Assembly: GCF_036971445.1 (NCBI RefSeq)
Contig: NC_091474.1
Location: forward strand, 161,510,001-161,574,000
Length of the DNA: 64,000 nucleotides
Source: Narcine bancroftii
Taxonomy: Eukaryota
Direction of reading: 5' to 3'
Shown here in pieces: positions 25,875-40,486 of the stretch (its first letter is position 1; the number at the start of each line of letters is the position of its first letter). The notes below the pieces were generated by a model. The model did not search any database. It was not told the DNA's origin and worked only from the letters and a program-made list of their open reading frames with translations. Both the position numbers and the translations under genes were made by a program.

Positions 25875-27228
25875 GTTGGAGAATTATAGACCAGTGAGCC
25901 TTGTGTCAGTGGTGTGCAAATTATTGGAGAGGATTCTTAAGGATAGGATCAATGAGCATTTGGAGAAGTACAATCTACTCAAGGATAGTCAGCATGGCTT
26001 TGTTAAGGGAAGGTCATGCTTCATGAGTCTAATTGAATTTTTAATGAGGTAAAAAAAAAAGAAATTGATGAGGGTAGGGAAGTAGGTGTGATCTATGTGA
26101 GTTTAGCAAGACTTTTGACAAGGTCATCCAGAAAATCGTGAGGCATGGAATCAGTGGAACCTTGGTTGTGCGGATAAAAAATTGGCTTGCAGGAAGAAAG
26201 CAGAGAATAGTAGTGGAAGGAAAGTATTCTGCCTGGAGGTTGGTGATCAGTAAAGCATCGCAAGGATTTGATCTGAGACCTCTGTGGGTTTTTGTAACCT
26301 AAATGAAGAAGCAGAAGGATGGGTCAGTAAGTTTGCGGATGATATAAATGTGGAGAGGGGATGTGGATTGAGCTAAAGGGTGTCAAAGGTTACAAGAGAA
26401 TATAGACAGGATGCTGAGTTGGGCAGAAAAGTGGCGGATGGAGTTCAATCTGGCTAAGTGTGAGGTGATGCATTTTGGAAGGACAAACCAGAAGGTTGAG
26501 TACAGGGTTAATGGTCGTTCACTTAAGAGTGTGGATGAACAGAGGGACCTTGGGATTCAAATCCAGATATCCTTCAAGGTTGCACATAGGTTGATAGGAT
26601 AGTTAAGAAGGTCTTTGGAATGCTGGGCTTCATTAATAGGGGGATTGAGTTCAGGAGTAGTGAGTTCAGGAGTGTTGCAACTCTACAAATCTCTGGTAAG
26701 ACCACACTGAGAGTATTGTGTTCAGTTTTGGTCACCTCATTACAGGAAGGATGTGGAAGCTATGGAGAGGGTGCAGAGGAGATTTACCAGGATGTTGCCT
26801 GGATTGGAAAACAAGTCTTATGAGGCAAGGTTAGTAGAGCTGGAACTTTTCTCTTTGGAGCACAGAAGGATGAGAGGAGACTTGATAGAGGTCTACAAGA
26901 TTATGAGAAGCAATAAATAGGGTGGACAGCCTATTTCTCAGGGCAGGAATAGCAAACACCAGAGGACATATATACAAAGTGAAGGAAGGGAAGATGAGGG
27001 GAGACTTCAGGGGTACATTTTTTTTAAGCAGAGAGTTATAGGTGCCTGGAATGCCTTGCCAGGGATGGTGGTGAAGGCTGAAACATTAGGGACATTTAAG
27101 AGTCTCATGGATGAAAAAAAATAGAGGGTTATGGAGTAAAGTGGGTTTAGTATTTTTTAAAGGAATATATGGGTCAGCACAACATTGAGGGCTGAAGGGC
27201 CTGTACTGTGCCATGTTCTTTGTTCTAA
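25875..27228 (+). mobile_element. CR1 LINE 3' fragment (about 1.35 kb)
   Basis: NYRPVSL, QHGFVKGRSC, KFADD and WAEKWRMEFN..KCEVMHFG; CR1 3' UTR. Confidence 0.9.
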
Positions 27229-27471
27229 ATCCTTCATAATTGTAATATCAATATTTCCACAAAACATGTTCATAACAGTTAGATGCATTATCAGGGAATT
27301 TCTTTTAAATCGTTCAGCTGCAGCAGGAATTGGCTAGCCATCTGAATGCTCTGGCTTGAACTGCCAACTCGTGCTGAATGTGACAACATAAATAATTGAA
27401 AGTCAGCATCAAAGTGCAGCCAAACCATTCAACATTTTTTCTGAACTCAGAACAACAAAATCATGCAAACA

Positions 27472-30400
27472 TTTTTTTTTTCTTTTGGCTTGGCTTTGCG
27501 GACGAAGATTTATGGAGGGGTATGTCCACGTCAGCTGCAGGCTCGTTTGTGGCTGACAAGTCCGATGCGGGACAGGCAGACACGGTTGCAGCGGTTGCAA
27601 GGGAAAATTGGTTGGTTGGGGTTGGGTTTTTCCTCCTTTGTCTTTTGTCAGTGAGGTGGGCTCTGCGGTCTTCTTCAAAGGAGGTTGCTGCCCGCTGAAC
27701 TGTGAGGTGCCAAGATTCACGGTTTGAGGCGATATCAGCCAACTGGCGGTGTTCAATGTGACAGGCACCAAGAGATTTCTTTAGGCAGTCCTTGTACCTC
27801 TGTCTCGGTGACAAGTGGAGAGCTCGCCATATAACACGATCTTGGGAAGGCGATGGTCCTCCGTTCTGGAGACGTGACCTATCCAGCGCAGTTTGATCTT
27901 CAGCAGCGTGGATTCGATGCTGTCGGCCTCTGCCATCTTGAGTACTTCGATGTTGGAGATGAAGTCACTCCAATGAATGTTGAGGATGGAGTGGAGACAA
28001 CGCTGGTGGAAGCATTCTAGGAGCCGTAGGTGATGCCGGTAGAGGACCCATGATTTGGAGCCGAACAGGAGTGTGGGTATGACAACGGCTCTGTATACGC
28101 TAATCTTAGTGAGGTTTTTCAGTTGGTTGTTTTTCCAGACTCTTTTGTGTAGTCTTCCAAAGGCGCTATTTGCCTTGGTGAGTCTGTTGTCTATCTCGTT
28201 GTCGATCCTTGCATCCGATGAAATGGTGCAGCCGAGATAGGTAAACTGGTTGATCGTTTTGAGTTTTGTGTGCCTGATGGAGATGTGGGGGGGCTGGTAG
28301 TCATGGTGGGGAGCTGGCTGATGGAGGACCTCAGTTTTCTTCAGGTTGACTTCCAGGCTAAACATTTTGGCAGTTTCCGCAAAACAGGACGTCAAGCGCT
28401 GAAGAGCTGGCTCTGATTGGGCAACTAAACCAGCATCATCTGCAAAGAGTAGTTCACGGACAAGTTGCTCTTGTGTCTTGGTGTGAGCTTGCAGGCGCCT
28501 CAGATTGAAGAGACTGCCATCCGTGTGGTACCGGATGTAAACAGCGTCTTCATTGTTGAGGTCTTTCATGGCTTGTTTCAGCATCATGCTGAATTAGATT
28601 GAAAAGAGGGTTGGTGCGAGAACACAGCCTTGCTTCACGCCATTGTTAATGGAGAAGGGTTCAGAGAGCTCATTGCTGTATCTAACCTGACCTTGTTGGT
28701 TTTCGTGCAGTTGGATAACCATGTTGAGGAACTTTGGGGGGCATCCGAGGCGCTCTAGTATTTGCCAAAGCCCTTTCCTACTCACGGTGTTGAAGGCTTT
28801 GGTGAGGTCAACAAAGGTGATGTAGAGTCCTTTGTTTTGTTCTCTGCACTTTTCTTGGAGCTGTCTGAGGGCAAAGACCATGTCAGTAGTTCCTCTGTTT
28901 GCGCAAAAGCCGCACTGTGATTCTGGGAGAACATTTTCGGCGACACTAGGTATTATTCTATTTAGGAGAATCCTAGTGAAGATTTTGCTTGCAATGGAGA
29001 GTAGCGTGATTCCCCTGTAGTTTGAGCAGTCTGATTTCTCGCCTTTGTTTTTGTACAGGGTGATGATGATGGCATCACGAAGGTCCTGAGGCAGCTTTCC
29101 TTGGTCCCAGCAGAGCTTGAAAAACTCATGCAGTTTGGCATGCAGAGTTTTGCCGCCAGCCTTCCAGACCTCTGGGGGGGGGGGGGGGATTCCATCCATA
29201 CCTGCTGCTTTGCCACTTTTCAGTTGTTCAATTGCCTTATATGTCTCTTCCCGGGTGAGGACCTCATCCAGCTCTAGCCTTAAGGGCTGTTGAGGGAGCT
29301 GGAGCAGGGCGGATTCTTGGACTGAGTGGTTGGCAATGAAAAGAGATTGGAAGTGCTCTGACCATCGGTTGAGGATGGAGATCTTGTCGCTGAGGAGGAC
29401 TTTGCCATCTGAGCTGCGCAGCGGGCTTTGGACTTGGGGTGAAGGGCCGTACACAGCCTTTAGAGATCGTAAAAACCCCTGAAATCGCCAATGTCTGCGC
29501 TGAGCTGGGTTCGTTTGGCGAGGCTAGTCCACCACTCATTTTGGATTTCCCGGAGTTTGCGCTGAAGATGGCTGCATGCGCGATGGAAGGCTCGTTTCTT
29601 CTCTGGCCAGGACAGCTTTGCAAGGTGAGCCTGGTGGGCAGCTCGCTTCCTTGCCAGCAGCTCCTGGATTTCCTGGTTGTTTTCGTCGAACCAGTCCTTG
29701 TTTTTCCTGGAGGAGAAGTCCAGTACCTCTTCAGTGGATAGCAGTATGGCAGTCTTCAGCTGATCCCAGAGGGTTTCGGGGATGAGTCCGTGAGGCGGAT
29801 TGCATCCTCGAGCTTTGCTTTGAGGTTTGCCTGGAAGTTTCCTCTCACTTCGTCTGACTGCAAGTTTCCAACATTGAACTTCTTTCTGGGGGCTTTACTA
29901 TTCCTGGACTTTGGCTTGAAGTGAAGGTTGAGCTTGCAGCGAACCAGCCGGTGGTCAGTGTGGCATTCCGCGCTGGGTATGACCCTGGTGTGGAGCACAT
30001 CTCGTTTGTCTCTTTCTCGCACCAGGACGTAGTCCAGGAGGTGCCAGTGTTTGGATCGGGGATGCATCCAGGTAGTCTTCAGGCTGTCCCTCTGCTGAAA
30101 AAGGGTGTTTGTAATGACAAGCTGCTGTTCTGCGCAGAGTTCCAACAGGAGGCGCCCGTTGTCGTTGCACTTGCCGACACCATGCTTGCCCAGGATTCCT
30201 GACCAGGTTTCTGAGTCTTTGCCAACGCGAGCGTTGAAGTCGCCAAGGATGACAACCTTGTCGGCTGTAGGGGTGCGTTGAATGAGGTTGCGCAGATCAG
30301 TGTAGAACTTTTCCTTTTCTACTGGTTCTGCCTGGAGGGTTGGAGCATAGACACTGATGAGGGTGATGTGACGCTTGTTTTGAAGGGGGAGTTGCATGGA

Positions 30401-31009
30401 CATGATCCGGTCCGAGTGGCCTGTCGGGAGGTTTTTGAGTTTGGAGGCAATGGAGTTCTTGACCATGAAGCCTACACCAGATAGGCGTCGTTCATCCATA
30501 GGCTTGCCAGACTAGTAGAGTGTGTAGCCCGCGCCGCGTTCTTGGAGGCTGCCTACATCTGCAAGGCGGACTTCACTGAGAGCGGCTATGTCGATGTCAA
30601 GTCTGAGGAGTTCATGTGCGATGAGGGCAGACCGACGTTCAGGTCGGTGGCTGTCAGTCTTGTCTAGCATGGTTCTGATGTTCCAGCATGCTAGTTTGAA
30701 TTTGTGAGCATCTTTTGAGGGGGAGGACGTCGAGGGGGAGGATGTGGAGGGGGAGGACGTGGAGGGGGAGGACGTGGAGGGGGAGGACGTGGACCTGTCC
30801 TCGGGCCTGCGCAAAGGAGTTTTTAGGTGGAGTGCAGTGTGTGCAGTACTGGCCCCACCCTTTACACCCATGGTTCGTGTGCCGTTGCCAAGCAAGTTGG
30901 GACATGGCAGCGAGGTCCTTGGGTCGTAGGTTTTATATCAGAGTGGCCTTCTCCTATGCAGGTTTCTTACCCGGGCTGGAGGGGCCTGCCTCCCCTTCCC
31001 TCCCCTTAA
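27472..31009 (-). mobile_element. Near full-length RTE-clade (BovB-like) LINE
   Basis: Single ORF with few lesions: CWNIRT endonuclease start, YAPT, GDFNARVG, TDH, NYRGITLL, QGCVLAP, LFADD. 9-bp TSD ATGCAAACA (27463-27471, 31010-31018); A-rich tail; CpGs largely retained. Confidence 0.95.
30718..30793. repeat. 15-bp tandem repeat (GGGGGAGGACGTGGA)x5 in the RTE 5' region
   Basis: Encodes (SSPST)n in ORF 30512-30895. Confidence 0.85.
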
Positions 31010-31289
31010 ATGCAAACAATTAATGATGCATTAAATAACACAAAAGCATTTCTGCATGTACAATGCTGCCCAGCCATTTCAAAACAAAATGTCCCTGAAA
31101 ACAAACAATAATATCACATTCTAAATTGGTTTAAAGTCAAATTTTTAGAAGTACCATAATTTGGTTCTGTAGATTTATACAACTATTAATTCATGCATAG
31201 CAAAATCCCAGCAAATAGAATGAGAAACAAAATTATCTAGGTAAAATAATTATTGCAATAATATCTGAGGTAAATAATTTTAATTTAAA

Positions 31290-31545
31290 AAAAATTAGAC
31301 ATTCATCACAGCAACAGGCCATTTCAGCCCTACAAGGGCATACTGTCCAATTTACACCCCATTAACCTACAAACCCAGTACGTTTTTAAATGGTGGGCAG
31401 AAACCTAAGCCCCCAGAGAAAACCCTCACAGACATGGGGAGAACATACAAACTCCTTATGGAGAGCATGGGATTTGAACCTGGGTCCATTCCCAATTGCT
31501 GGCACTGCAAAGGTGTTGCATTAAACGTTACTCCAACCGTGCTAA
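31290..31545 (-). mobile_element. SINE (same family as 4637)
   Basis: Reverse-complement match including the B box. Further copies at 36310-36540 (-), 43775-44040 (+, with internal (TAGTAC)n) and an older one at 63080-63390 (+). Confidence 0.8.
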
Positions 31546-32101
31546 CCCTGAGCCCTTTTTCTTAACAGTTCAGACTAAAATGAGGACACTCCAATTCAGA
31601 GGAGACTGGCTGAAGTTGATTTAAAAACATTAAAAAACTTTTGAGGGATGGAAAGGTAAAGCAAGGTGCCATAATATAGCACTGAGGTAGACTTGACTGA
31701 AGCTTTTGGCATAATGATGTGCATCAGAGGGGTAGTGAAAGCACAGCCCTGTGGAAGAGGACATTGGAGAATATGAGCAGTTTAGGAGATTGCACAGATA
31801 AACTAAGTAGGTTTTTTTTTAATGACAGGGTTTTGAAATTCAGTTAATGAGGAACAGTGAATCCATGGAACTGAACTGGGACAGAATCAATGGACAAGAT
31901 ATGTTGTTGGTCATAAAATTCAGCTTATGTTAAAAGTTAATAGTGTGTATGTCTTAAGATTGCCAAGTTGTGAATGTAGCTTTAACAGCTGTAGGTAACA
32001 TGGGATAACTGAGAAAGATTTTGAACAGTATAGATATTTTATGGGTGTAGAGTTTACACCCAAGACTGAACTCTCAACATGGATGGAACTATTGCTGTTT
32101 C

Positions 32102-32461
32102 CAGTAGTTCTCAACCTTTTTCTTTCCACTCACATACCACTTTAAGTAATCCCTAGCCACCGGTGCTCTGTTATTAGTAAGGGATTGCTTAAGGTGGTAT
32201 GTGGAAGGGAAGGGAAGGTTGGGAATCACTGCTCTAGACCCAATTGTTACTGAAATATTTTGCTTGAGAAAAGTCGTCATTGGCCCATTTCCTTTGGAGT
32301 TCTGAAACTGTGCACATAACGAGTCAATTAGGTACAATTAAAGCAGTGGTTTTCAAACTTTTTCTTTCCACCCACATCCCACCTGAAGCAATCCCTTACC
32401 AATATCAGAGTCCCCATAGCATAGGGAAAACTCACATAGGAAAAAAGGTTGAGAACCATTG
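32102..32461. mobile_element. Composite hAT MITE (two MITEs plus ~110-bp spacer)
   Basis: Four TIR copies; reverse complement of 41157-41529. Confidence 0.8.
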
Positions 32462-33924
32462 GTTTAAATGATCTAACCACATGATATCCCTGTCTATTAA
32501 TATGCATGATGCTACATGACACAACATGTTACATGATGTTTTAAAGAATTTTTAAATGGAAAATATTCCTGACCATTTATTTTTGGCATGATTTCCACAT
32601 GGGTAAAACAAAAGAGTTTATTTATTTATTCATTCATTCTTATTAATGATCCCACTAATAAATCATTTGTTTTGCCAAAATGCAAACTTTGGGAATATTT
32701 TCAAGTGATGGCACTAGAAAAGTGGGTAAGAGCAAATGCAGACTGTTGAATGCACATTCCTTATACATGTATACAGAGTCAGCTCATTCTACTTGATCCC
32801 AAATTGACAAACATTGGATAAAACAGTTATCATGGTGCAGTTAACTATTTCACTCTGCTGTGGCATGTTATATGAAACAAAAGGAGAGTTTAAAAATGTT
32901 ATTAATAACCTAAAGAGTGTGTGTTAATGGGCAAAATAATAATACTTGAACACAAATATATCTTGAATAATCAAATGATGGTATCCAGGAAACAATAATA
33001 CAAGCCTTCTAGCATTTGCAAAACTCCTCAAACAGATACAGCTAAATTTTAAAAGCCAAATTTATTATTTTGTTTTGCATTCTTCAAGACAGGCAGAATG
33101 CAGCTTGTGCATAAGTGAGAGCAGGATAAGTGTAGGCTAAGTTCAAGGTCTTTTTTTCCTTTGTCAATTTTTCTGGTCCTTTTTTTGGGCAAGCATATGG
33201 CATGCCTGTGACAAATGGGCAGTTGTGAATAAACAGATGAATGATACCATATGAAGCCATTCCTGGATTTCATCTCACATAACCAGAATGCCAGGGATGC
33301 TTGTGGAGCATTTGACAGCGTGATTAAAGGAATGAACCCTTTCCCATCAAATGGCATGTTCAGGCTGTTTTCTGAATTTCCTGAGATGGTTATCTTAAAA
33401 TCAACAAATACTCCAGGCAACCTTTCAGTACTTCCAAATGCAGTTGACCAGGGATCAGAGCAGATCTATGTTAGGGGCAATCTGTGCCAAATCTACCCTG
33501 ACAATTTCTAATAAAGGGTCACAGACCCAAAACATTATAAGCTTCATTTTCTATAGATGTTATCTTATTTACTGAGTTTTTACAGTATTTTCTGTTTTTG
33601 TTTTATCTAGTTTTTAAAAAAATATTTTCATTGCCTGAAGACATTTAGGGATGGAAAAGAGTAGCGCCCAACTTGATACTCAATTTGATACTGGCAAGGA
33701 CAAAACAGTGTACTGACATCTGTATGAATGATTTCCTTCCAAAGTTAAGAAGATGCAGTATGCTTTGGATTAATGCAAATCTTGTCACAACTCCATGCAT
33801 TTGGCTGCTTTCTCAAGGACTGAATGCAGATTGGTTTAATTTACCATTGAGACACTGGAGCTTTTGTTTTCAGAAGATGCTCTTGGATAAAAAGTAGATG
33901 GTTTTTTGTGATTGAAATTAAAGA

Positions 33925-34095
33925 CCTAGATTCAGATTTCAGATTTATTATCAAAGTACATACATGACATAACATACAAACCTGAGACTATTTTTCCTTA
34001 CCACTTATTAGTAGTGCAAAAAAAACTGTACATAATGTACACATGTAAACAAATAAAGAAATGTAAACAAACTGACTATGCAATACAGAGAGGTA
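33925..34095 (-). mobile_element. Probable LINE 3' end (Rex1/Babar-like)
   Basis: Minus strand ends AATAAA-(TCTGAA)n after a GT-rich UTR; family assignment tentative. Confidence 0.45.
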
Positions 34096-34559
34096 AAAAA
34101 AGAGCTGAGTTAATCTATAATAAGAAGGGGTCTGAATAGATATTAACAGAGAGGTGTATACAATTGAGTTTTTTACTTTTTCCTGGTGGAAATATCTGCA
34201 GTTTTAAAAGGATATTATCTTAAGGAAAGGTGATTTTGTCTCACCTTCTGCCTCTCCCTTATCACATATCATTCCTATCCAAGAGGATTGAAGGATGAGG
34301 AATTCACAAGGCAATCCTGAATAAGGCATGGAAAAAGTCTGTTTGCCAGATGATCCTCTTGAATATTTTTGTTGTGTCCCTTTTGACTTCATGCCTTAGA
34401 TTGTGAAGTCGTGACATTTGTAAAATTAAATGCCCATCTTCTTGAATGAATCATAAAATATAACATCAGAAGACAAGAGCAGGTGACCAGAATCATTATG
34501 ATGGTTCAGTGACACAGTAAATCAGTACTCAAAAGCACAATGCTGCAGAGCTGTGAGAC

Positions 34560-35400
34560 AGATTCACCACCTTGTCATGGCCACCAATGATGGCACTGTG
34601 TCTATCTGAAAGATGGGATCAGAGACAGACCCCAGTTAAAACAGACCAGTATATTTACTGGCTAAAGTATTAAAAGTTTATAGAAACCATGGTAAATGAG
34701 AAGCTCTTACAACATCTCAAATCATTACAATCTCTGATGTTTGATTTACTTAGTTTACTGTAAAGCAGTTGATACAAGATACCCTTGTCCTCAAGATCCC
34801 AAATTGGAGTGATTCGCTCGTTGTCCAGTTGGAAATTAGTGCAGTAGCCTTTGACAATGTTGGACTTTCGGAGGTTATAGGATCACTCCTTCACTGACAA
34901 GATAGCCTCGTGTAGTAAAATTGGTGAGCTGCTTAACAGGATACAACTCTTCCTCAGAAGATGCAAACACCAGGCCATGGTTAGTGGATGCTCATCTTCT
35001 TATCTCAACACCTACGCAGGGGTCCCTCAGGCAAGTGTGGTTGGCCCCCTCTAGTGGTGTCTTCATCAGTGACTTGATAGATTCATCAAAAGTGATGTTC
35101 TTTCTGATAACCCTTTACAGAGTGGTTAACTCCCAATCTGAAAGAGAAGCAGTGACTAAATCACTGCAGGAAAAGACAGAAATGGACAGTGGGCGGACAA
35201 ACGGTGTGTTACCTTCAACGCTAAGTAGATTACTTGGTCAAGTAAACTTGATGAAGCCCACCCGCCCTAAATGTGCAAGATTATAATGTCAGCTCAGCTC
35301 CTTGGATTTGTATCAAATCTGATCTCTACTGTGAAAAGACAAGGGAACATGAGTGGATAAGCCAGCAGAGTGGATCTCCTCAAGATTATTCATCCCCGTT
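34560..35400 (+). mobile_element. Very old LINE RT remnant
   Basis: Degenerate AFD.V and GVPQASVVGP motifs at about 34845 and 35020; boundaries uncertain. Confidence 0.5.
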
Positions 35401-38400
35401 TAGCACTAGAAGCAAATCTAGTATTCTGAACAGGTCATAAATGTCAAGCAACAGAATCATATTGAAGGCTGCAGGCAAAATGTTTTGCCTGTTGCAGGAC
35501 CAAGTTCAGTCCAATGCCTTGCTGACAAGGGGATAGTCTGAGAACAGCTCCTTCTGTACTGGAACCCACCTTCCACAACAGGATGTGGCCAGACCGCCAA
35601 TTCTCTACAAGATCCAGATCAGACCAGCTCCACAAAGTTATAAGAGCTCAAGGCAATCTTCATATTTAAGAAAGGAGCTTAAAATCTATTGGATTTGCAT
35701 CTTAATATTCTGTATAAATTCAAAAACTTTGCACACAGAACATAAGCGGCGAAGCTTAACACACCGGTTCTCCTGCCTCTCCAGACAGTGTGGTCATCTA
35801 GAGCTCTATTGTTGTATGCAGAACTTCAAATGAAAATCATCATGTTTTGAACCAGGGTTGCTTGAGACTATTAGAAGTTTTTAATTTGGTGTTTGGTACC
35901 ACATCTTTTTCATGGCCTTTTTCACCCTGTGCTACCACTATGGTCAAATTTGTCACGTTGCTACATCCACATCTGTTGCATCACACAATATAAAAAGAAA
36001 AATAATGGAGGGTCACTAAGTCACCAATGACATGAAGAAAACTGGAAGGAGACCAGTGATTATTGTGGGAAGGACTAAAGATAAGATTTCCAGTGTTAAC
36101 ACATCTAAAAGATGCAGGGGGTAGATATTTGCTTGAGTGGTGCAAAAGAAACAGTATAGCATCAGTCAACATTATTTATCACAATTTGATAACTAAATTT
36201 AATTGCATTAAATACTATGCTGGGTCTAATGCAATCAGCTGATAAAATTCTGTATTTTACACCCTTTGAACTCTACATTATATATTTTAAACAATGATGC
36301 AACTTATTTTGTTTAGACAGCAGCATGGTTACAGACCCTTCAGGCTCACAAGCCTGTGCTGTCTAATTACACCCAGTTAACATTTTGAGTGCTAGGAGGA
36401 AACCAGAGCCCTAGGGAAAACCCACGCAGACACAGGGAGAATGTACAAACTCCTTACAGACAGTGCGGGATTCAAACCCTGGTCTCGAATGCTGGCACTG
36501 TAACAGCATTGTGCTAACCATTACACTAACTATGCTGTCCCTATTCTATTTTGTAAAGAGGATATCATTGTTCTGTTTCAAAGAAGAATGTGGTCTGGTC
36601 AGAAAGAATATATTTTCACTTACATGAGGACTTTTTGGCATAATTAGAGGGCAGAAACCCAGCAAGATGGAGAAGAAAGCTATTTTGAAACATTAACTCT
36701 TTATGTTGCTGGTCGGAGAGGAAATTGTTTATGGAGCAAAACAAACCAGGACTGAAAAGTAAATATCTTGGGATACATTGAATTTTTCAGAATATTGCTT
36801 GAAATCCTTTGATGACTAGAAATATTTCTGCATGACAGTGTGAATGGGATAAAGTATCTAATGAAAGATCAAAGAGGAATCATGATAGGAATTAATATTA
36901 TTAAATGCAACACCTTTCTTGGCTGATGTTTTTAATATTTCCACAAATAGCTGTCAGCCTCAAAGTGACATCAAAGATGATCTTTTTTTTAATTCTCCTG
37001 TGGCCAAAACTTGAAATTCAGCTTAGCTTGTAGGATGCAGCAAAAAAATATTTATCAACATTTCACTTCTTATTGAACTAGAATAAGTAACATTTTTGAT
37101 TTTAATATATTTATTGTTAAATTGTGATCTCTAATCTATCTATTGACAGGAAGCAATTTTTGTGATTTTAATCAGCATACATTAGTCATCATTTCAGAAA
37201 GTGCTTCCAATTAGCAGTGATGACTGAAGAAGAACTGGTTGTGAAATTGTAGACTGCAATCTTTTTTTGTCCATTTAACAAAACAAGTCAAAGAGTGAAG
37301 TGAGTGCTACAGAGATTCAGTCCAAATGCTTCCGTATGGTGATAACCTCAACCCAAAGGTGTTCAAAAGTGACACTGCTTCAAAAGTGATCCTCATTTGG
37401 GTCTAGTGTTGCAGTCTTTGCAGTGCTTTGAAAAGAAGTTCAATTTTACATGCGCAACTTCAAAGAAAATGTTAAATCCTGTTGAAAAGAGATGGAATGA
37501 AGTTTCTAATCACTCTTTCACCCTGTAAAAAAAAACTAATATAATATTGGGATGATAGCTACTCCATTCAATGGAAAATCATATAAATTTTTAAATAATA
37601 AATTTTGATTTTGCTCTCGGTTAATGTTAGTAGAATTTTTCCTTCCTAACTCCATTGATCAATCCAACTGGCTGCTCAGCCTGTTTGAACTTGGATGCTG
37701 CACATCTCTATAGATCATGACGGATGAGGACAACAAACTAACTATAACATCACTTGGGTGAAGGGTCACTGCTCATTTCTGACAACAAAATGTTGACCAT
37801 CATTTTGTAAATATCTATTCCCATTGCCACAAAGAGGTTAAGAGTCCACTTATTTTAATTTAAATATGCTGACACTGGAATACTTACCACAGACTAAAAC
37901 ATGATTCAACACAAATTATTTCTTTATTTGACAACTGGGTGTGTATGTATTAATTAAAGGACATTGAAATCCAAGGGCAAGTACTGTGAGTGTTCAGCCC
38001 TTGATATGAATTATACTCTTTATTTCATCACAAAAGACTAAAGCAGACATAATTGGGAGATATCAGGTCCTGCTGCATATTCACTTTCTATGTTCGTTTG
38101 TATTAGTTTATGGAAACCTTTTATTATAATTTTAGCAACAAAACATTTTTTGAAGCAATGACACATGCTGAAAACATAGAAGGGTTTAAACAAGCAACCC
38201 AGGCAGTGTGAGGAGCTGCAACCGGTTACAAAATATTCAAATTTATTGTACGCACTCCTCCAATAATTATATTTTGAGATCACTAAACTGCTGTTCAAAT
38301 TGGTCCCAAAAGTCATAAAAGAGTAGGTAACACTCAGGCACTAGAAATGGTGATTCATGGGACAGGATTTCACATCCCACAAACAACAGAGAAACAAATT

Positions 38401-40486
38401 GTATGGTCATACTGCAGAAATTTTGAAGTATTAGCAAAATCTTTCTTTGCTTAATTATCTTATTTCCACTTTTAGAGAGGCATGTACAGGAATTAAAATC
38501 TAACTGCTTTTTGTGGGCACATTAAGCACACAAATTATCTACACATGAACAAAGGTGAGTGTCCTTTCCATGTGTAATTTCAGCTGGGAATACCTGTGTT
38601 CCTTCTTGTTCATGACTCCTTCCATAGGGCATGACCCTTTTATCATTTTATATTGACTGAACCATATTGAAACTTGGGACTTAGCGTCATTATTATCCAT
38701 TATCATTATCAGTTCATGTAAAATGTTATTTTGAAAGCTAAACCTGTTCTTCTGCCTTGGTGTTCCACAGTATCTTAACGGAATAAAATTGCAGGTAACT
38801 TACAACATAAATTGATCATATTTCTGTTCTGCATTATTTAAGAAGTTAGTGACCTTGCAACTAAATGCTGAGCTATATTTCCTTTCCATTTTGTGGGGGA
38901 CACTGGATGAGTTAGATATGAACTTAGTTCTCATCCTTACTTCAGTTTGCTTTCTCTGTGGCACTTGATCCTGGCTGACTGACCAAAAGGCAGTAAGGGT
39001 TTGATGCAGTTTAATTCAAATAGTAAGTGGCGGACTGCTGTAAATTTACACTAGCAACAGTTAGAAACATTTTTAGTGTTATTGAACTCAGAATAAATGT
39101 AGTGGTTCAAGGGTAACTAGAGAAGGACAATAAAAAAAAACAATAAAATGAATTAAAAGTAATAATTGCAGTTGTGACATTCATGAGATCTAAAGATCTC
39201 TTCCAACATATACTATTGAGGGGAACACAAGGTTGCAATAAGAATCCATGAATGAAATATGAATTTGCAATTGCATGCAAATATTGTTCTGAAACTATTT
39301 TGGAAGCCCTCTGCAGCTTAGTGAGATCATAGATTCACTTTATCGTTTGAATAAATCTGAAGAGATTATGTGTATTCCTTCAAATATTAGAGAGATTTTG
39401 GAATATTTGTAATGATCATTGAGTTGCTCTTTGACTCCCTCACAAATGTAGTGAAAACAGCATGTGGGAACATTTTATAAGTATGTTAAATTGGGCATTG
39501 AGATATGATGCATGAAAACAGAATATGTTATTCATGATGTCATGGAGAAGTCCATAATACATTGCATTGGCCACTAACCAGCAGATTGAAATATAAATGT
39601 AATATCATTAAATGATTGCCTTTAAAATATAGCTAATTACAGGCCAATTTGGAAACTGACCAGGAGTATTCAGATGATTCAGGCAGTGGGAGGAGCAGGG
39701 TAAACTAGTGAGCATGCAGCAGAAAGGAGGAAAATAAAGATGAATCCCTCTATGTTCTCTTCAACATACACCCTTCAGTTTGTTAATTAGGAGGTCAGCA
39801 TAGTAGGAAATGGAAATTATTGAGATCATCTTGTTTTTTTTCATTGAAAATAATAATTCCATGCATTTATTTTAAAAAATGACATTGTATTTTGAAAAGA
39901 AGGCATGAAACCACATTTTTCTGCTGCTTTCAGTTCCCCTTTGGATCATGGAATTTTATGGCTCAGTGGCAAAATGGGCAAGGGTAACTAACCTGAGCAG
40001 ATTGCATCTGCATTTTATATCCAAGATGAATCACTTAAAAGCCTGTAGAAATAAAATTATGTTGGGTGTAACATTGACCACCCAATCAGATTGTCCATTT
40101 GGTGCTAGGTTTTAGTTAGGTTAGAAAAAATCCTCAAGGTCTCTGTTTAACAGAGTGTAGAACCTCCAAGTGCAAGGTAGTAAAGTTAGCATGGCACTAG
40201 TTCAATCCTGTGTTACTGTAGTCTAATGACCAAGTGATTTATGTTTTTTTAATGGAAATCTTCGCCACAAATATAAATATGATAAGAGGAATAGGAGGCT
40301 TGATCCATCAAACAGTTAGGAAGAAATTGTGGAGAGCAGCAAATACAAAAGGGGAGGAAATAATTAAAGCAGCATGTGATTTCAATTTTTAATCATCTCC
40401 GAAGTGATTGCCGGTGGTTATGCAAAGTCTCTCTCCACAATTCATTCAAACAACAGAAAACTTTTGCAGAGACAATTTGCACTAAC

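Noticed and set aside
33049-33511. 123-aa and 86-aa overlapping ORFs
   Set aside because: No recognisable motifs or convincing splice sites; consistent with chance ORFs.
34921-35286. 121-aa plus-strand ORF
   Set aside because: Overlaps a decayed RT motif (GVPQASVVGP) in another frame; LINE remnant.
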